This document shows positions 12,426-25,862 of a stretch of 64,000 nucleotides of DNA, in pieces. Location: positions 40,052,001 to 40,116,000 of the forward strand of contig CM060732.1 of the NCBI GenBank assembly GCA_030704615.1. Reading direction: 5' to 3'. The translations under genes and the position numbers were made by a program. Below the pieces are notes generated by a model, which was not told where the DNA came from, ran no database searches, and saw only the letters and a list, made by a program, of their open reading frames with translations. This DNA is from Takakia lepidozioides (taxonomy: Eukaryota; Plantae; Bryophyta). Numbering within the stretch: position 1 is the first letter of the stretch; the number at the start of each line of letters is the position of its first letter.

Positions 12426-14256
12426 ATGGGGGGATTTTCCAGGGTCCTGGTCCCCATTGCGCTTCTCCTCTCTCTAGCTCCATTACTGCTGCAGGCAGAA
12501 ATCGATATCGATTGGCGTGACGACGTCCCTAGCCGCTACCTCGCACCTCCCTTGCAATTCGACTACTACAAAGAAACATGTCCCGATGCAGGACCTATTG
12601 TGCAAAAGATAATTGAAAAATGGTCGAAGATAGATCCCACGAATCCAGGGCCGCTGCTACGCCTATTCTTCCATGACTGCTTCGTCCAGGGATGTGATGG
12701 TTCGGTGCTAATCAACTCGACCACCGAAAACCAGGCCGAGAAGGACGCTAGTATCAACTTTTCCCTTGGCGACTTTTACATTATTGATGAGATTAAGGAG
12801 GAGCTGGAGAATGAGTGCCCTGGGATAGTCTCATGTGCAGATGTCTTGGCTCTCGTCGCAGTGTACTCCATCAAACAGGTACAATTTTGTTGAAGTGGAT
12901 TGAATTGAGAGTCAACGATTTTGTGTTTCAAAATCATTTGCCAAGAATGGCAAGTGATGCATGGGTGCTGCATATGCCAGAGAAGTATATCTCTATTAGG
13001 TACAGACCTTGCGGTATGAGCATTGGACTCCCGAGCTAGGAGATATCGGGACTCTTACACGCACACAAAAGAGTTCTTCTCCGGACACGAGTCTCGGGAG
13101 ATTACTGAGATCTCACGCCTTGCACAACAGCAACAATAGTACTCATGAGATACGATTTAACCATTCATGAATGAATGAGGCGCAGCTGGATTTCAAGATC
13201 CTCGCCCTTCTTTCAATGTACACACTATAGTGTATAGTTAGCAGGACTCAGACAGACGTGCTGAATTCCATAAGCAATGGACTGCTCGAGTAGGCTACTC
13301 GGACCACCCTAATGTCGTCGACGTGCACTTAGAATGACTGAACACTCAAGTGAACTGTTGTGCTTTTCAGGCGGGCGGGCCACTGTATCCCATCGAGCTG
13401 GGACGCAGGGATCAGTTGACCTCGTATGCACCGAGCTCACAAACGTTTTTGCCTGCCTTCAGCCTCAACGTGTCGGGTCTGTCAGAAGATGTTCGAACTG
13501 TGGGACTAGACATCACTGATCTCGTTGCTCTTTCAGGTTGGTCAACCATTCACCATGGTATTCCTGTCATGTGCAGAGTCAGGTTCATGATCAATTGTCT
13601 CTCTAGAGATCTAGCTGTACATAGGTATTTTTGGCTCAGCTTGAGCAGATTCAATGAATTGAAGAGTCAGCCTGAGGTCAGAAGCCACGGCCCGCACTGA
13701 AGTAGAGGAGCCTGTCTGGACAGACTGAGAGGGAAGGAATGCTACACAAAGCTGGCACTAACTATGTGAATCTTTAAATTGACCTTCAGGCGCTCATACC
13801 ATCGGCCAGGCACATTGTAGCAGCCTCAAGAACCGTCTATATCCTCACATCGATCCTGTGTATCCGAAGTCTTATGGTGAAGAGCTGCTAGCAAACTGCA
13901 CCGACAATGGGAGCCTCACGTCCCCCAACTTCGACTCCAACACCCAGTTCTTCCAAGACCCAGTAACCCCTCTCGTTTTCGACAACCAGTACTACAAAAA
14001 TTTGAAAACAGGACTTGGCTTGTTTACATCAGACGTTAGTTTGTTCCAGGATCCTCGCACAGTCAACCTGGTCGAATACTATGCGGAAAATCAGGCTGCA
14101 TTCTTCGAGCAGTTCGGAATTTCCTTGCGGAAGATGGGCAAGATCGGTGTGCTGTCAGGCACTCAGGGCCAAATCCGCAAGCAGTGCTGGGTTCGCAATT
14201 CCCGCAATGCTGATCCTGCATTCGACCCTGTATCTCTTAACTTCACTGACCATTAA
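12426..14256 (+). CDS. Class III secretory peroxidase, 361 aa; exons 12426-12878, 13371-13536, 13790-14256
   Basis: Signal peptide; RLFFHDCFVQGCDGS (distal His), VSCADVLAL, DLVALSGAHTIG (proximal His), FDNQYY; 166-bp conserved exon; GT-AG junctions give an open frame. Confidence 0.96.
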
Positions 14257-14295
14257 AACTCAAAACTTCAACTCAAAACTCAAAACTCAAAACTT
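14257..14295. repeat. (AAAACTC)n short tandem repeat immediately after the peroxidase stop codon
   Basis: About five imperfect AAAACTC units. Confidence 0.7.
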
Positions 14296-14465
14296 CTACA
14301 TGATGGCACCGATGATCCCCTCCTCATTCTTGTTTCCAATGGTTTGAAGGGGACGGATGCCCTTTAAATGTCAACTGTACTCAGGCTTTGCCGGTTGTTG
14401 ACCAAACTCTCTATAATTTATGCGCCCAAACTGAGGAATATTACCGATTGTGGTCTAATATGCAG

Positions 14466-14686
14466 GACATTGAGAAGGAGAAGAAACGGGCAGAGAATCC
14501 CGAGGCCGCAGTGTTAGTGATGCTGATATTCGCAAGCACCAAGCATTTGCCCAAACGTTACAGCAATCACGAGGGTTGGGTTCAGAATTTCGATTGCCAG
14601 ATCGTCCAGCGGCAACTGGTATACAGGTGCTGGGTGCCGAAGCTGGTGCCTTTGCAGCTCCTGACAGTGATGACGTGTATAATTTA
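14466..14686 (+). pseudogene. CDC48: Last exon of the CDC48 pseudogene, with an internal deletion
   Basis: After TGCAG acceptor: DIEKEKKRAENPEA, then in a shifted frame SVSDADIRKHQAFAQTLQQSRGLGSEFRLPD...DSDDVYN; directly continues IREDMEK at 7608. Confidence 0.9.
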
Positions 14687-15710
14687 TATGCAGAATGGTA
14701 GATGCAGTTTTTTCTTAAACTTAGTATGTATCTGCTTTAGTGGGCTCTGGCCTCTTACTACAACTTAAACTGGTTAATACCTACTTTAGTGGGCTTTGCA
14801 CACGCAGGCAAAAGGCAAACATGAACCATAGAACAGCTGAGCTGAAATAAGCCCCCCTGTTCACAATTCCAGGGGTTTTGATAATTCGAAAAGGTCAATT
14901 GGCACCAAATGGTGTGGTTATACAGTAGATAGGACAAAAATCAGTCAAGGATATATTTAAGGATATAGAATTTTTTTTTTGTTTGTTTGTTTGTTTGTTT
15001 TTTTTTTGGAAAGGGGACAGAGGCCCTTTTAATCAAATTAATAGAAAAGTCAGAAGGTGGAAAAAATAACCACCACGAAGGCCATGAGGCTTACTGAGGT
15101 TTGTTATGCTCATCTCTATCTTTTTGTCTTAAGGTGTTCATTTTGAGTGTAATAGTAGGGCTGATTATAGGAGGTATGTAGATTTAGGAACCTCCACATC
15201 ACAGACTTTTCATTTATTTTGGCAAAAACAATGTGTAAAACAGCGGTTGAACTTTTATAATACAATATAGTTGCAGAAGAAATTCTGCCAGACATCAACC
15301 TTATGAAAGACTAGATCTTCTCTCTCTAAAAGCTGTAAGTCGGGCTGCAAATTTTATGCCCATCTTTGGGATCACTGCTGATTCAGTAGTGGTATATACG
15401 TATATTCACCTCGAATCCTTAATTATAAAATCGGTGTAGACTCATGCAACGTTGTTATGGAATATAACAAGCTCCGTTGTAAATGTAATTTTGGGCAGAA
15501 AATTCATAGTCACATATAGATCTTACATAAAAATACACGCTGACATATAACTCGCAGCTTCACGTAAAATCCCCTGTGTAACACAGTTTTAGACCCTCAA
15601 CTCTCCTATTTGTGCCCAACCCTTGTCACCCAAGGACACAAAGAATGAATAGAATATTGAAATGTAAATATGTCACCAATGAAATGAACTAGAGAACTTA
15701 GTTTGCATAC

Positions 15711-18700
15711 TGTGAATCGTAAGCATCTGCCGTATCTAATCTTTGCATAATGTACAAGACTTAAACTAGACAGCAGAACACGAGCTTGAGAAGAACAAGA
15801 CTACATCGGCTGAACTCTCTCTCACACTGTGAAGAAAGCACTATGGAAGGACAAGGACTGCAGGAACAGTTGAGCGCTGAATTGAACATGAAATAGGGAG
15901 AAACTGAATCATAGATATACCATGAGCAGTACCTAAGTCAGTGGAGAGAACTACAGAGAAACTATAGCGATTAAACGGTGGAACTCCTAAAATTATCTAT
16001 GCCTTCACCGAACATATCTAAGTCTGCTCTTATCTATGAGGTATCTACGTTGACCGCAACTACCAGCCGAGCTCAACTCAAGTGCGGCTGTTGATGCCAA
16101 CACTCCCACTCAGTCACACCTTGAATTGTCTCTTAAGACCTAGCATTTCCATGCATTCCCAATGCTTGGGCCCAGGGACTGCTTTGGTAAGCACATCAGC
16201 ACCCATAGTGGTGGTTGGGCAGAAGTTGAAATAGACTTCACCTGCTGACACCATGTCTCTCACATAATGATATTGAATATCAATATGTTTTGTCCTGCTA
16301 CGATGAACAGGGTTCTTGATGAGAGCAAGGCTACCTTGACTGTCGGTCTGAATCACCATTGCCTCTTTTTGACAAAATCCTAGCTCACCAAGCAACCTCC
16401 TCAACCACATGGCTTCTTTGGTGGCTTGAGTAGCCGCCATGTATTCAGCTTCTGTGGTGGATAAGGCCACAGTAGGCTGTCTCTTACTGCTCGAGGTTAT
16501 GGCTCCCTTGTTCAAAATGAACGCATACCCAGTGGTGGACTTCCTCGTGTCCAAATCTCCTCCCCAATCTGAGTCACAATAACCTGAGAGAGTAACGACT
16601 TCAATCCCTTCTCCTGAAAATTGCAGTGAGTAATCCTTAGTCCCTTGGAGATACTTCATGATCCTTTTGACACCCTTCCAATGAAATTCTCCCGGATTTT
16701 GTATGAATTGACTCACTGTTCCAACCGCTGTAGAGATATCTAGCCTTGTTGCATACATGGCATACATGAGACTACCTACTGCCTCTCGATAAGGGACTCC
16801 TTCCATTCGAGCCATATCTTCCTCTGTACTAGGCTCTAGACTTTTGCAAAGCTTCCCATTAACATCCATTTTGTGATGTATTGAGATTTACCAAGGCTGA
16901 TGATCCGCTTCTCCCTGTTCCTGATTACCTGAATCCCCAAAAAATATCAAGCTCTCCTAGGTCTTTCATTTCGAACTCTGCAGAGAGAGGCTCCTTGACC
17001 TTGTTGATAGCCTTGACATTCTTGCTGAAGATGAGCAGATCATCTACATACAGTGCCAGAACAACGCCACTTTGATCTTCTTATTGCGATCGCACATAAA
17101 TGCTTGAATCTGATTGACACCTTCTGAACCCATTTTTCCTGAGAAAAATGTCTATCTTCTCATTCCAAACCCTTGGTGCTTGCTTAAGCCCATAGATGGC
17201 TTTGCGAAGCTTGCAAATCAGCCCCTTGTGCTTAGGATCTTCATATCCTTCCGGCTGCAACATGTACACATCCTTCTTCAGCTCCCCATTAAGAAATGCA
17301 CATATCACATCCATTTGGTGAATCTCCAAATCATGCAAAGTTGCGATACTCAACATTGTTCGGATAGAAGAAAATTTTGCCACTGGAGCAAAAGTTTCTT
17401 CGTAATCTATCCCTCCCGTCTGAGAATAAACCCTTCACTACTAGCCTGGCTTTGTATCTCCCTGCAGCCGCGCCTCTCCATTGGTGTTCCTCTTGAGCTT
17501 AAACACCCACTTGTTATCAATGGCTTTTCTCCCTTGAGGAAGCTCCACAAACTCCTATGTCCCATTCTTCATGAGAGAAGAATACTCCTCATTCGTTGCT
17601 CGCTCCCACTGCACTGCATCATCCCTTTTAAGGGCTTCTGTTAGGGTTCGTGGCTCTTCCACAGTTGCAGTGCAAGCAAAATGAGTGAGCTTCAAAGGTG
17701 CACTTCGAAGTTTGGTTGATCTTCTCACCACAGGTTGTTGTTGCTCTTGGATCTCAGTCACATCCTGCAACAAACTAGGTACTGCCGATGGAGCAAACTC
17801 GGTCTGTGGCACGATGGTGTCAGAAACCTGTGGGGCAGTGGAATCCGAAGGAATATGAGAATCTGAATCTGACCTGAGTTGAAGATCATCCTGATCCTCG
17901 TCGTCATGCTCTCTCGTAACAACTCCTGGTTCCACGATCACTTATGTCTGATCGTCAACTCCCACTGAAGTGACATAATTGCTAAAACCACATCTCGACT
18001 GATAATGAGTTTTCCAGTTGTCTCCTCAATCAACCTGTATCCCTTAGAATCCAAGCTATACCCCACAAATACACATTTAGTACTCTTAGGTTCAAGCTTG
18101 GTTCTTTTTGAGGTGGCATGTGTGCATAGGCCTCACAACCAAAAACTTTGAGATGATTTACTGAGGATCTTTTTCCGCTCCACGCTTCCTCTAGCGTCAT
18201 TCTCCCACTGACTTGTGAGGACTTCTTGCTTTGAGGTAGATTGTCGTGCTTATAGCCTTTGCCCAATAGTTAGGGCTTAACTTCTGTTGACTGTGCAACA
18301 TACATCTCGCCGACTCCACGATCGTTCGATTGACTCTTTCAACAACTTCATTCTGCTGAGGGGTGTAGGGAACAGAAGTTTGATGTTGGATACCATGATC
18401 TTTGTGAAAACTCTTGAACTCTTTGGAGGTGTATTCTCCACCGTTGTCGCTTATCAGAATCTTCAACTTTTTCCCTGTTTGACTTTCAGCAAAGGCCTTG
18501 ATTAACTCCTTGAATTTTGTGAAGCACTCTCTTTTGCTCTTCATGAAGAAGCAAAATATTCGAGAAAGATCCTCGGTGAATGTCACAAAATACCTACGAC
18601 TGCCAAAAGACAACGACTTAACATCAGAGTGAACTATACCCAATAGTTCAGTCGCTCTTGATGCTCCCTCCTTTGGAAAAGGCTCTATGTGTTGCTTACC

Positions 18701-20457
18701 AAGCACACAACCTTGGCAAAATTCCAGCTTTGTCTTACTGCTTACAGCTAGCCCATCTACAAGCTTCTGCTGCGATAAGAGTTTGACATTCTCAACACCT
18801 AGGTGGCCAATCGTTGATGCCACAAGTCGATACTTTGATTGGTGTCCAATCCTCTCGTACTTGCAAGTTGCGCATTTTCCACCGTCATACTTGTGCTACA
18901 CTGTAGCTAGTAGAGTCGGTTCTTACGAATTCCATGCGTGACAACCTTCTTCTGGCTGTTCTTCACTATGCACATAGTGTTTCCAAACTCGATACTGTAG
19001 CCTTGGGAAGTTGCCTTACTCACAGAGAAGAGGTTCGCAGCCAGAGGAACATAGAAAACTTCAGTTAGTTTTCCACAAATGACATTACCTCCCACTGTCA
19101 TGGATATCTCCACGTTGCCTTTGCCAACAGCCTCCTGGATTGAGTTATCTCCTAAGTAGATCTTCATGGGTGAGTCCTTGAAGGTGCGGATTAAGGGAGA
19201 GGGCCTTGTCCGCCGCCTCCTGTGAGTGCAGCATGATAGAGAATAATCACTGATCCATTCCTTGCGATGATAAAGATGTACAGAAGCCCCAGAGTCTATG
19301 TACCACACGTCATCACAAGAAGAGACTGACATAGCATAAACGAATGCCTCACCACTATTTCCTTCCTCCTTCTTTCTATTCCTCTGGTCAAACTTTCTCT
19401 TCCTGCAGTTCCTCGCCCAATGACCTGGCTCTTGCAGTAATTACAAATATCCTTGCTCTTGTTTCTGACTTTCTTAGCGTCTGGGCTCTTTTTACTATTA
19501 TGAGCCAACAACACTGCTTCATCATACTGTGAACACGTTCCTTTCTCTCTCCTCATAAGTTCCTCGTTGAGCAACCTATTAGTCACAATATCCCACGTAA
19601 GTGACGTGTATGACTCTAGAGACGCAACCAGGAACTGATAGCTATCTGGCAAACTTAGAAGAAGTATCATGGCCTTCACTTCTTGTGGCACCGCTCTTCC
19701 AATAACATCAAGCTCCTCTGCCATAACTCCCAATTTGTTCAAGTGTTGCTCCATTGTGTCACTTGGACTCATCTGAGCAGTGAAAAACTTCCATGTAAGA
19801 AAAAGCTTATTAGTCATCTCTTTGTCGACATGCTAACACTCATGAGCTGGTTGTCAAAGAGACTTTGAATTATGAGATTACGAGCTCTATTTTCTTTCTT
19901 GGTATAGGCAGCAAACTCAGTAGTAGATGTTTCAGATGGCCTCACTTCCTTGCCTCTAACAAGATCCCACATCTCTCTAGCCTTTAGAGAAGACTCCATG
20001 TTAAACTTCCAAAACATGTAATCTTTTCCCTCAAACTTATGAACGCGTCCGTAGAGTGGGCCCATAACCTGTGAATCGTAAGCATCTGCCAAATCTAATC
20101 TTTGGAATATAAGACTTAAACTAGACAGCAGAACACGAGCTTGAGAAGAATAATACTACATCGGCTGAACTCTCTCTCACACTATGAAGAAAGCACTATG
20201 GAAGGATAAGGACTTCAGGAACAGTTGAGCGCTAAATTGAACATGAAATAGGGAGAAACTGAGTCATAGATATACCGTGAGCAGTACCTAAGTCAGTGGA
20301 GAGAACTACGGAGAAACTATAGCGATTAAACGGTGGAACTCCTAAAATTATCTATGCCTTCACCGAACAGATCTAAGTCTGCTCTTATCTACGAGGTATC
20401 TACGTTGACTGCAACTACCAGCCAAGCTCAACTCAAGTGCGGCTATTAATGCCAACA
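15711..20457 (-). mobile_element. Full-length, decayed Ty1/copia LTR retrotransposon (4747 bp)
   Basis: LTRs 15711-16102 and 20070-20457 (TG...CA, roughly 95% identical by eye); 5-bp TSD CATAC; PPT 16103-16112; PBS 20058-20069; gag, protease (WYIDSGAS), integrase (SDNGGEY, PQQN), RT (YVDD, IYGLKQAPR), RNase H (YCDSDW, RTKHIDI) in copia order, with many frameshifts. Confidence 0.97.
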
Positions 20458-21189
20458 CATACGGAGCCTCCCTGTAATATAGAATCAATCCTAAAAGAGG
20501 ATTAATTAGTTCTCAAGTTCGTTCACTGGGGAAAGCACACAATTGAATTGCTATGTCATGATTAGAATACTATATCTACTTCTAATTGTCTCCCAACAAT
20601 AAATGTCTTAATATTCATCTCAATTAAATTCCTCTCGTATTCATCTGCACACTTCATCAAATAATCCTCCTCTTTTTCTTTCACACAAAATTCTTCCCAT
20701 TAAACTCCAACATCTCATCACATTAACATGAAGCTTACAGAGTCTTTCATCAGATCTTTGTCTCATCACACTACTCATATTCTTCTTATCTCTTACTTAA
20801 GCTACTGAAAACAACAAACTAGCATCTCATGTGCTAGGGCCTCGGTACTCTTGCTCGGATGACCATGAATACATCGATTCAGCAGAACTCGTAGTGTCTT
20901 ACTCTAACTACCATAACTACCTAGCACTGATTCAATGGGCTAACATCTATCCTAATAACCCCATTCCTACCAATTATCATCCTCATTATCTGAATTTACT
21001 TCCGTTCTAGCATCCTACCCAATTCTATCAAATTATCGAACCACATAGAGCAATTTCACATCCAATTCTTGTTCATTTGCACTCTAATTCTAAATGCTAC
21101 TCCACAAAGAATTTTTTATTATTCTACATAGCCCTACTCTTAGTTGTGCAGCGCCCCCGCAAACATTATATCTTAAGAAAAAACTAAGT

Positions 21190-22330
21190 CATAAAGACAA
21201 TAAGAACAGATGGATGCTTGCTTTTCTATCCCTCTTGACCGCCAAAGATGTTTTTGAAGAGATCCAGCTAGGGTTTCTAATGGTCGGACGTCATTCATGA
21301 CCTCGCAAGATCTGCAGTTCATTAGATTATTCAGGAGGTTCCCGACTTCAAGAATTTTGTAAACGGTTGTATTTTGGATGGAAAGGAGGCGTTGGTCGGG
21401 ATTTCGGAGATGCACGTCTTCCGTTTTTTTAAGGATACGGAGGGTTGGCCCGTCATGGAGTACAAGAAGTCAGCTACTGATTCGGATTGGCTTCCAACAA
21501 ACTATAGCATGAAGATGTGGAAGTCCAATCCTGACGGGACTCCCAAGCTCCCTGAATGAGACCCAGACGCCATTCCAGTGAGACCTATCTGGGGAGTCAG
21601 GGACGACTCCTCCGAAAAACAGTCATTCATCAAGAATGGAATAAGAAAATACAGGGATTTTTGGACGAAATGAATGATGCTTGACGATCATTACAGAGGT
21701 CGAATGGAACAATACGACCAGTATTGGGGAAACATTCTCGCCAAGCTGGATAAGCCAATTCCAGAAACTCCCGAGCGTACTCATCTGCTTGAGGGATTCT
21801 GGCCGAAATAAAATTGGTCCACGAATCATTGCAGAGATGGAATCCATCCACAGATAGTGCCAGATGTGGAAGAAGAGGATGAAATCCAAGAACCTTACTG
21901 TGGCCCGAGGTGTTAGCGCCCAAGGATACCCTTGAATCCGTTCAAGGATATTGAGAAAGGGTTTTTTGTGCTCGTTCGCCCTCATTACCCAAGTACGTGC
22001 ACGGTCTGGATGGGGGTGGCAATATCTGACGTGATCCGCGAAAGAGAGGATTCTAATTTTAAGAAGGTGAAGGTGGAGTGGTGGAGACTGAGAAAAGGTG
22101 GTAACCCAACAGACTTGGAAAGGTACAGGGACTGTTGGTCGAAACTTTGGGAATATAACTCGTCAGATCCTCCTCAATGGATCCATGTGAACAATGTTGT
22201 GTGGACAATGCTTCCACGAAAAAATACGACAAGGAATAGCACTAAGAGAATTACAGCCGCCAAAGCAATGAAGGCGCGCGCTAATTTGGAGGAGGCTAAT
22301 CGTCAGTCAGAAAGCGAGTCGTGCGAGTGA
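21190..22330 (+). pseudogene. DNA-transposase remnant (DUF7869-like, NKN...FL.VGH type), C-terminal part
   Basis: DNKNRWMLAFLSLLTAKDVFEEIQLGFLMVG..., VPDFKNFV, HVFRFFKDTEGWPVMEYK; stops and frameshifts; element ends not identified. Confidence 0.6.
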
Positions 22331-22959
22331 ATTCCAGACCAAGGACAAAATGTTGAGGTCAACTCCAGTACTTCGATTTAAGAAATAAATTTTTTCTTCT
22401 CTATATGGCTCTTCTTGTTTGCGTTGAGGGATCTTTTTTGTTATCTTCTTCTGTCGCACTGAACCTCGAATGTCCAGTGGACATTTTCGTCCTTTGTTTC
22501 TGATGTGCTGGATTCTGGCCTGCTGTACATTCTGGTCAACGAAGAAAAACCCTGTGGGGGAGCCTTACCCAATCATTGTTGACATACTTTTCAATTTGCT
22601 AGTCGTGAAGTTTTTTCTCTGAGGTTTTCCTCCATTTTCCCTCTAAGCTCTACGCTTTTCTGCACCAAATTTTCATTTCATTTCATTTTCATACTTATCA
22701 TCTTTGGCCCTGGTTTAAGATGGAATTTTACATGTCATTTTCCGTTGTTGAAATTTAAGCAATATTCATTTGGCGGTCTTACTTTTTATCCTCTCTCATG
22801 TTTTCTTCGGATCAATTTTCTCTCATGAGAACCAGACGCTTCCCAAAGTTGTTATATAACGCCATTTTCTTTCCAAATCTCATAGGGTGTACTTTTAGCT
22901 TTTGTTTTGGCAATTTAGGATTTTGGATTGACATATCTTTTTTATACCTTGCTTTTTAT

Positions 22960-24890
22960 GTTAGCATTACCCCTAACCCTTATCCTTTTCTGCAAATGGC
23001 CCATAAACTATTTATACCATAACCATAGCCATTATGGGTATTGAAATGTCTTCTCCCTTCACTTTTGCGCTAGGTTTTTCCTTTGTTTTGGATTGATATG
23101 CACTTAGGCATGTTACAATTTGCTTTCTATGTTATATCTTAATACCAAGTTCCAAGGACGAGTCTTTCATTTAAATACTTGTCCATAATATTAGGTTCTT
23201 CATTTTTATTTTGCTTATTAGTACCCTGCTAACAACACTGAGTTTTAGCGACTGGAGTCTTCCATAAGTGTTTGTCTATTTTGTAACTTTAAAAAAAAAA
23301 CCCTAAACCCCTACCATAAACCCTTACTATAAAACCCTAAACATTTACCCTTAACCCAATACCCCAGAACCCTTACCCTTCCCTTTGCAAATGAGAATCA
23401 ACTATCCATACCATAACCATAACCATTTTGGTTATCCAAATCTCTTCAATGTATCCAAATTTTCATTTTGTACCCTACTAACACACACTAAGTTGTAGCG
23501 AGTGCGGTCTTCCGGCATGTATGCTCACCATTTCTGCCTTCAACCCAAACCCTAAACCCTCGTTGGAAACCCTAAACAAAACCCTACGCCATTGTTACGT
23601 CTAAACCCTTACCCTTCCCCTGCAAATGAGAATGAAGTATCCATACCATAACCATAACTATTATGGTTATTCAAATCTCTTCGCTCTTCACTTTGCGTAA
23701 GGTTTTGCCTTTGGTTTGGATTGACATGCACTTACCTTTTTTTTTATCGAACTTTGCTTTCTATGTATCTTAATACCAGGTTCCAATGACGAGTCTTTCA
23801 TTTAAATACTTGTCCGATGCAATGACTACACTTCCATAATATTAGGTTCTTCATTTTTTATTTTCCCTACTACTCTACTAACAACACTAAGTTGTAGCGA
23901 CTGGAGTCTTTCATAAGTGTTTGTCTATTTTGTAACTTAAACAAAAACCCTAAATCCCTACCCTAAACCAGGCTTACTATAAAACACTAAAAAATTATCC
24001 TTAACGCATTACCCCCGAACCCTTACCCTTGCCTTTGCAAATGGGAATCAGCTATCCATACCATAACCATAACCATTATGGTTATCAAAATCTCTTCAAT
24101 GTTACATCCAAATTCTGATTGTGTACCCTACTAACACACACTAAGTTGTAGCGAGTGCGAGTCTTCCGGCATGTATGCTCACCATTTCTGCCTTCAACCC
24201 AAACCCTAAACCCTCGTTGGAAACCCTACGCCATTGTTATATCTAAACCCTTCCCCTTCCTCTGCAAATGGGAATGAAGTATCCATACGATACATATAAA
24301 CCCTACACCATTGTTACGTCTAAACCCTTACCCTTCCCCTGCAAATGGGAATGAAGTATCCATACCATAACCATATGTATCTTAATACCACGAATCCTCA
24401 ATCTAAATACTTCTCCGGCCCAATGACTCTTCCATAATATTTTGTTTCTCCATTTTTATTTTTATGTTTTATCCTACTAACACACACCAAGTTCTAGCGA
24501 GTGTGAGTCTTCCATATTTGTTTGCTTAAACCCAAACCGAAAACCCTATCTTTACCATCACCCCTAAACCATTAACCAAAACTTTTGTGTACTTCCCTAT
24601 TTACACTCCGAACCTTATTGTACTACCATGTTACCTCTTCTCAATGTTTCATGCTCTTTTAATATTTTCTTTTGTTGGATAAAGTATGATAGAATGACTA
24701 CAGGGATATCAAATTCCTCAACCATTTCATAATTCTACCGAGTGTGAGTCCATCATATTTGTTTGTCCTTTTGTACCCTAAATCCAAACCCTAAACCCAA
24801 ACCTTATTGCACTTCTCTCTAGTTACACCCAAACCTTATTGTATTACCCTAGTACCTCTTCCGAATGTTTCATGCTATTCTAATATTTTA
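22960..24890. repeat. AT-rich higher-order tandem repeat (~630-650 bp period built from shorter subunits) with ACCCTAA-like motifs
   Basis: 23011 aligns with 23641 and 23401 with 24051; CTAACA(CA)CACTAAGTTGTAGCGA recurs at ~23229, 23477, 23878, 24131, 24477. Confidence 0.85.
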
Positions 24891-25642
24891 CTGTCCTTGT
24901 CACATCCAAAACATGATTCGTTCCAATGGTGTGGTATGTGAACATTGTGCTTGATATGAAGATTCAATCAATAAAATTACTAGCAAGTTGTATCGAGTAT
25001 GGTAGAATAGGAGTTTGCCCCATGTTCGATGCGACCCATTTGTTTATCGTGATCCTGCTATGGAATATTACATTATTCGACTTCCAAGTGGACGTTCAAT
25101 GAATTGGTCAATACTGCTACTTCATATTGAGCACTTCAATGTCAAATGGACCTCTTATATGACACATTTTGAAACAAGTATGACATCACATGTAATTTCA
25201 CAAAGTTCAATCACACATTACACCATGATATTATTAATATTTCAATTAATTTTAATTCAAATATATATTAAGTTTAGTCCGGATTTAAGCCAAAAAGTCT
25301 AGAGATAGAGCTTATACAAGAAGGTCTCTAGGAAGTCCTACTTGGTCACTTCCACTTCCTAGTGTGGTGACCATCCACCTTCTAGCCATTCACCTTCGAA
25401 TGGTGAATTAAATAAGTTAGTCTCTTAGACTTCCAAACCTGTGGCCTTTAAGACTCTTAGTCTTCTACATATGTTTAACTCTTCCAACATAGTCAAGGGA
25501 GGCAGGTGTTCATGGGTACATTTGATTGCTGAGTGTACCCACCAGATATTAGATTACTATATAGTACTTTAGGTTACCATAAGGGCATGCCAAAGCACCC
25601 GACACTCTATCTTGTAAACAACCAATGGCTCGTACGTTATTT

Positions 25643-25767
25643 GTGTCCACCTTTGTAGCAAGTGATTCAGATGAAGACATTGAAGTGGATGGTGAGCATT
25701 AGTGCAGTTCTCTCTTACTCTCCGTGGATGCTCGCAGGACTTCTGTGGGTGTCACATCCAACGTCAT
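25643..25767 (+). pseudogene. Inverted duplicated fragment of exon 1 of the GIY-YIG gene
   Basis: GTGTCCACCTTTGTAGCAAGTGATTCAGATGAAGAC...GGTGTCACATCCAACGTCAT matches the reverse complement of 28742-28866; W codon mutated to TAG. Confidence 0.9.
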
Positions 25768-25862
25768 GTTTGATGGGTTGGTAGAAGGCCATGCCTGGTG
25801 TCTGTGTGGATCCAGACTCACAACTTCCAAATGAGCAATGAGTGGATTGAACCTGTTAACAA

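Noticed and set aside
23280-24830. Interstitial telomere
   Set aside because: CCCTAAA motifs are scattered singly or in pairs within larger repeat units, not a continuous array
25280-25490. Possible solo-LTR fragment ending in CAACA
   Set aside because: No matching 5' TG end, PBS or TSD found
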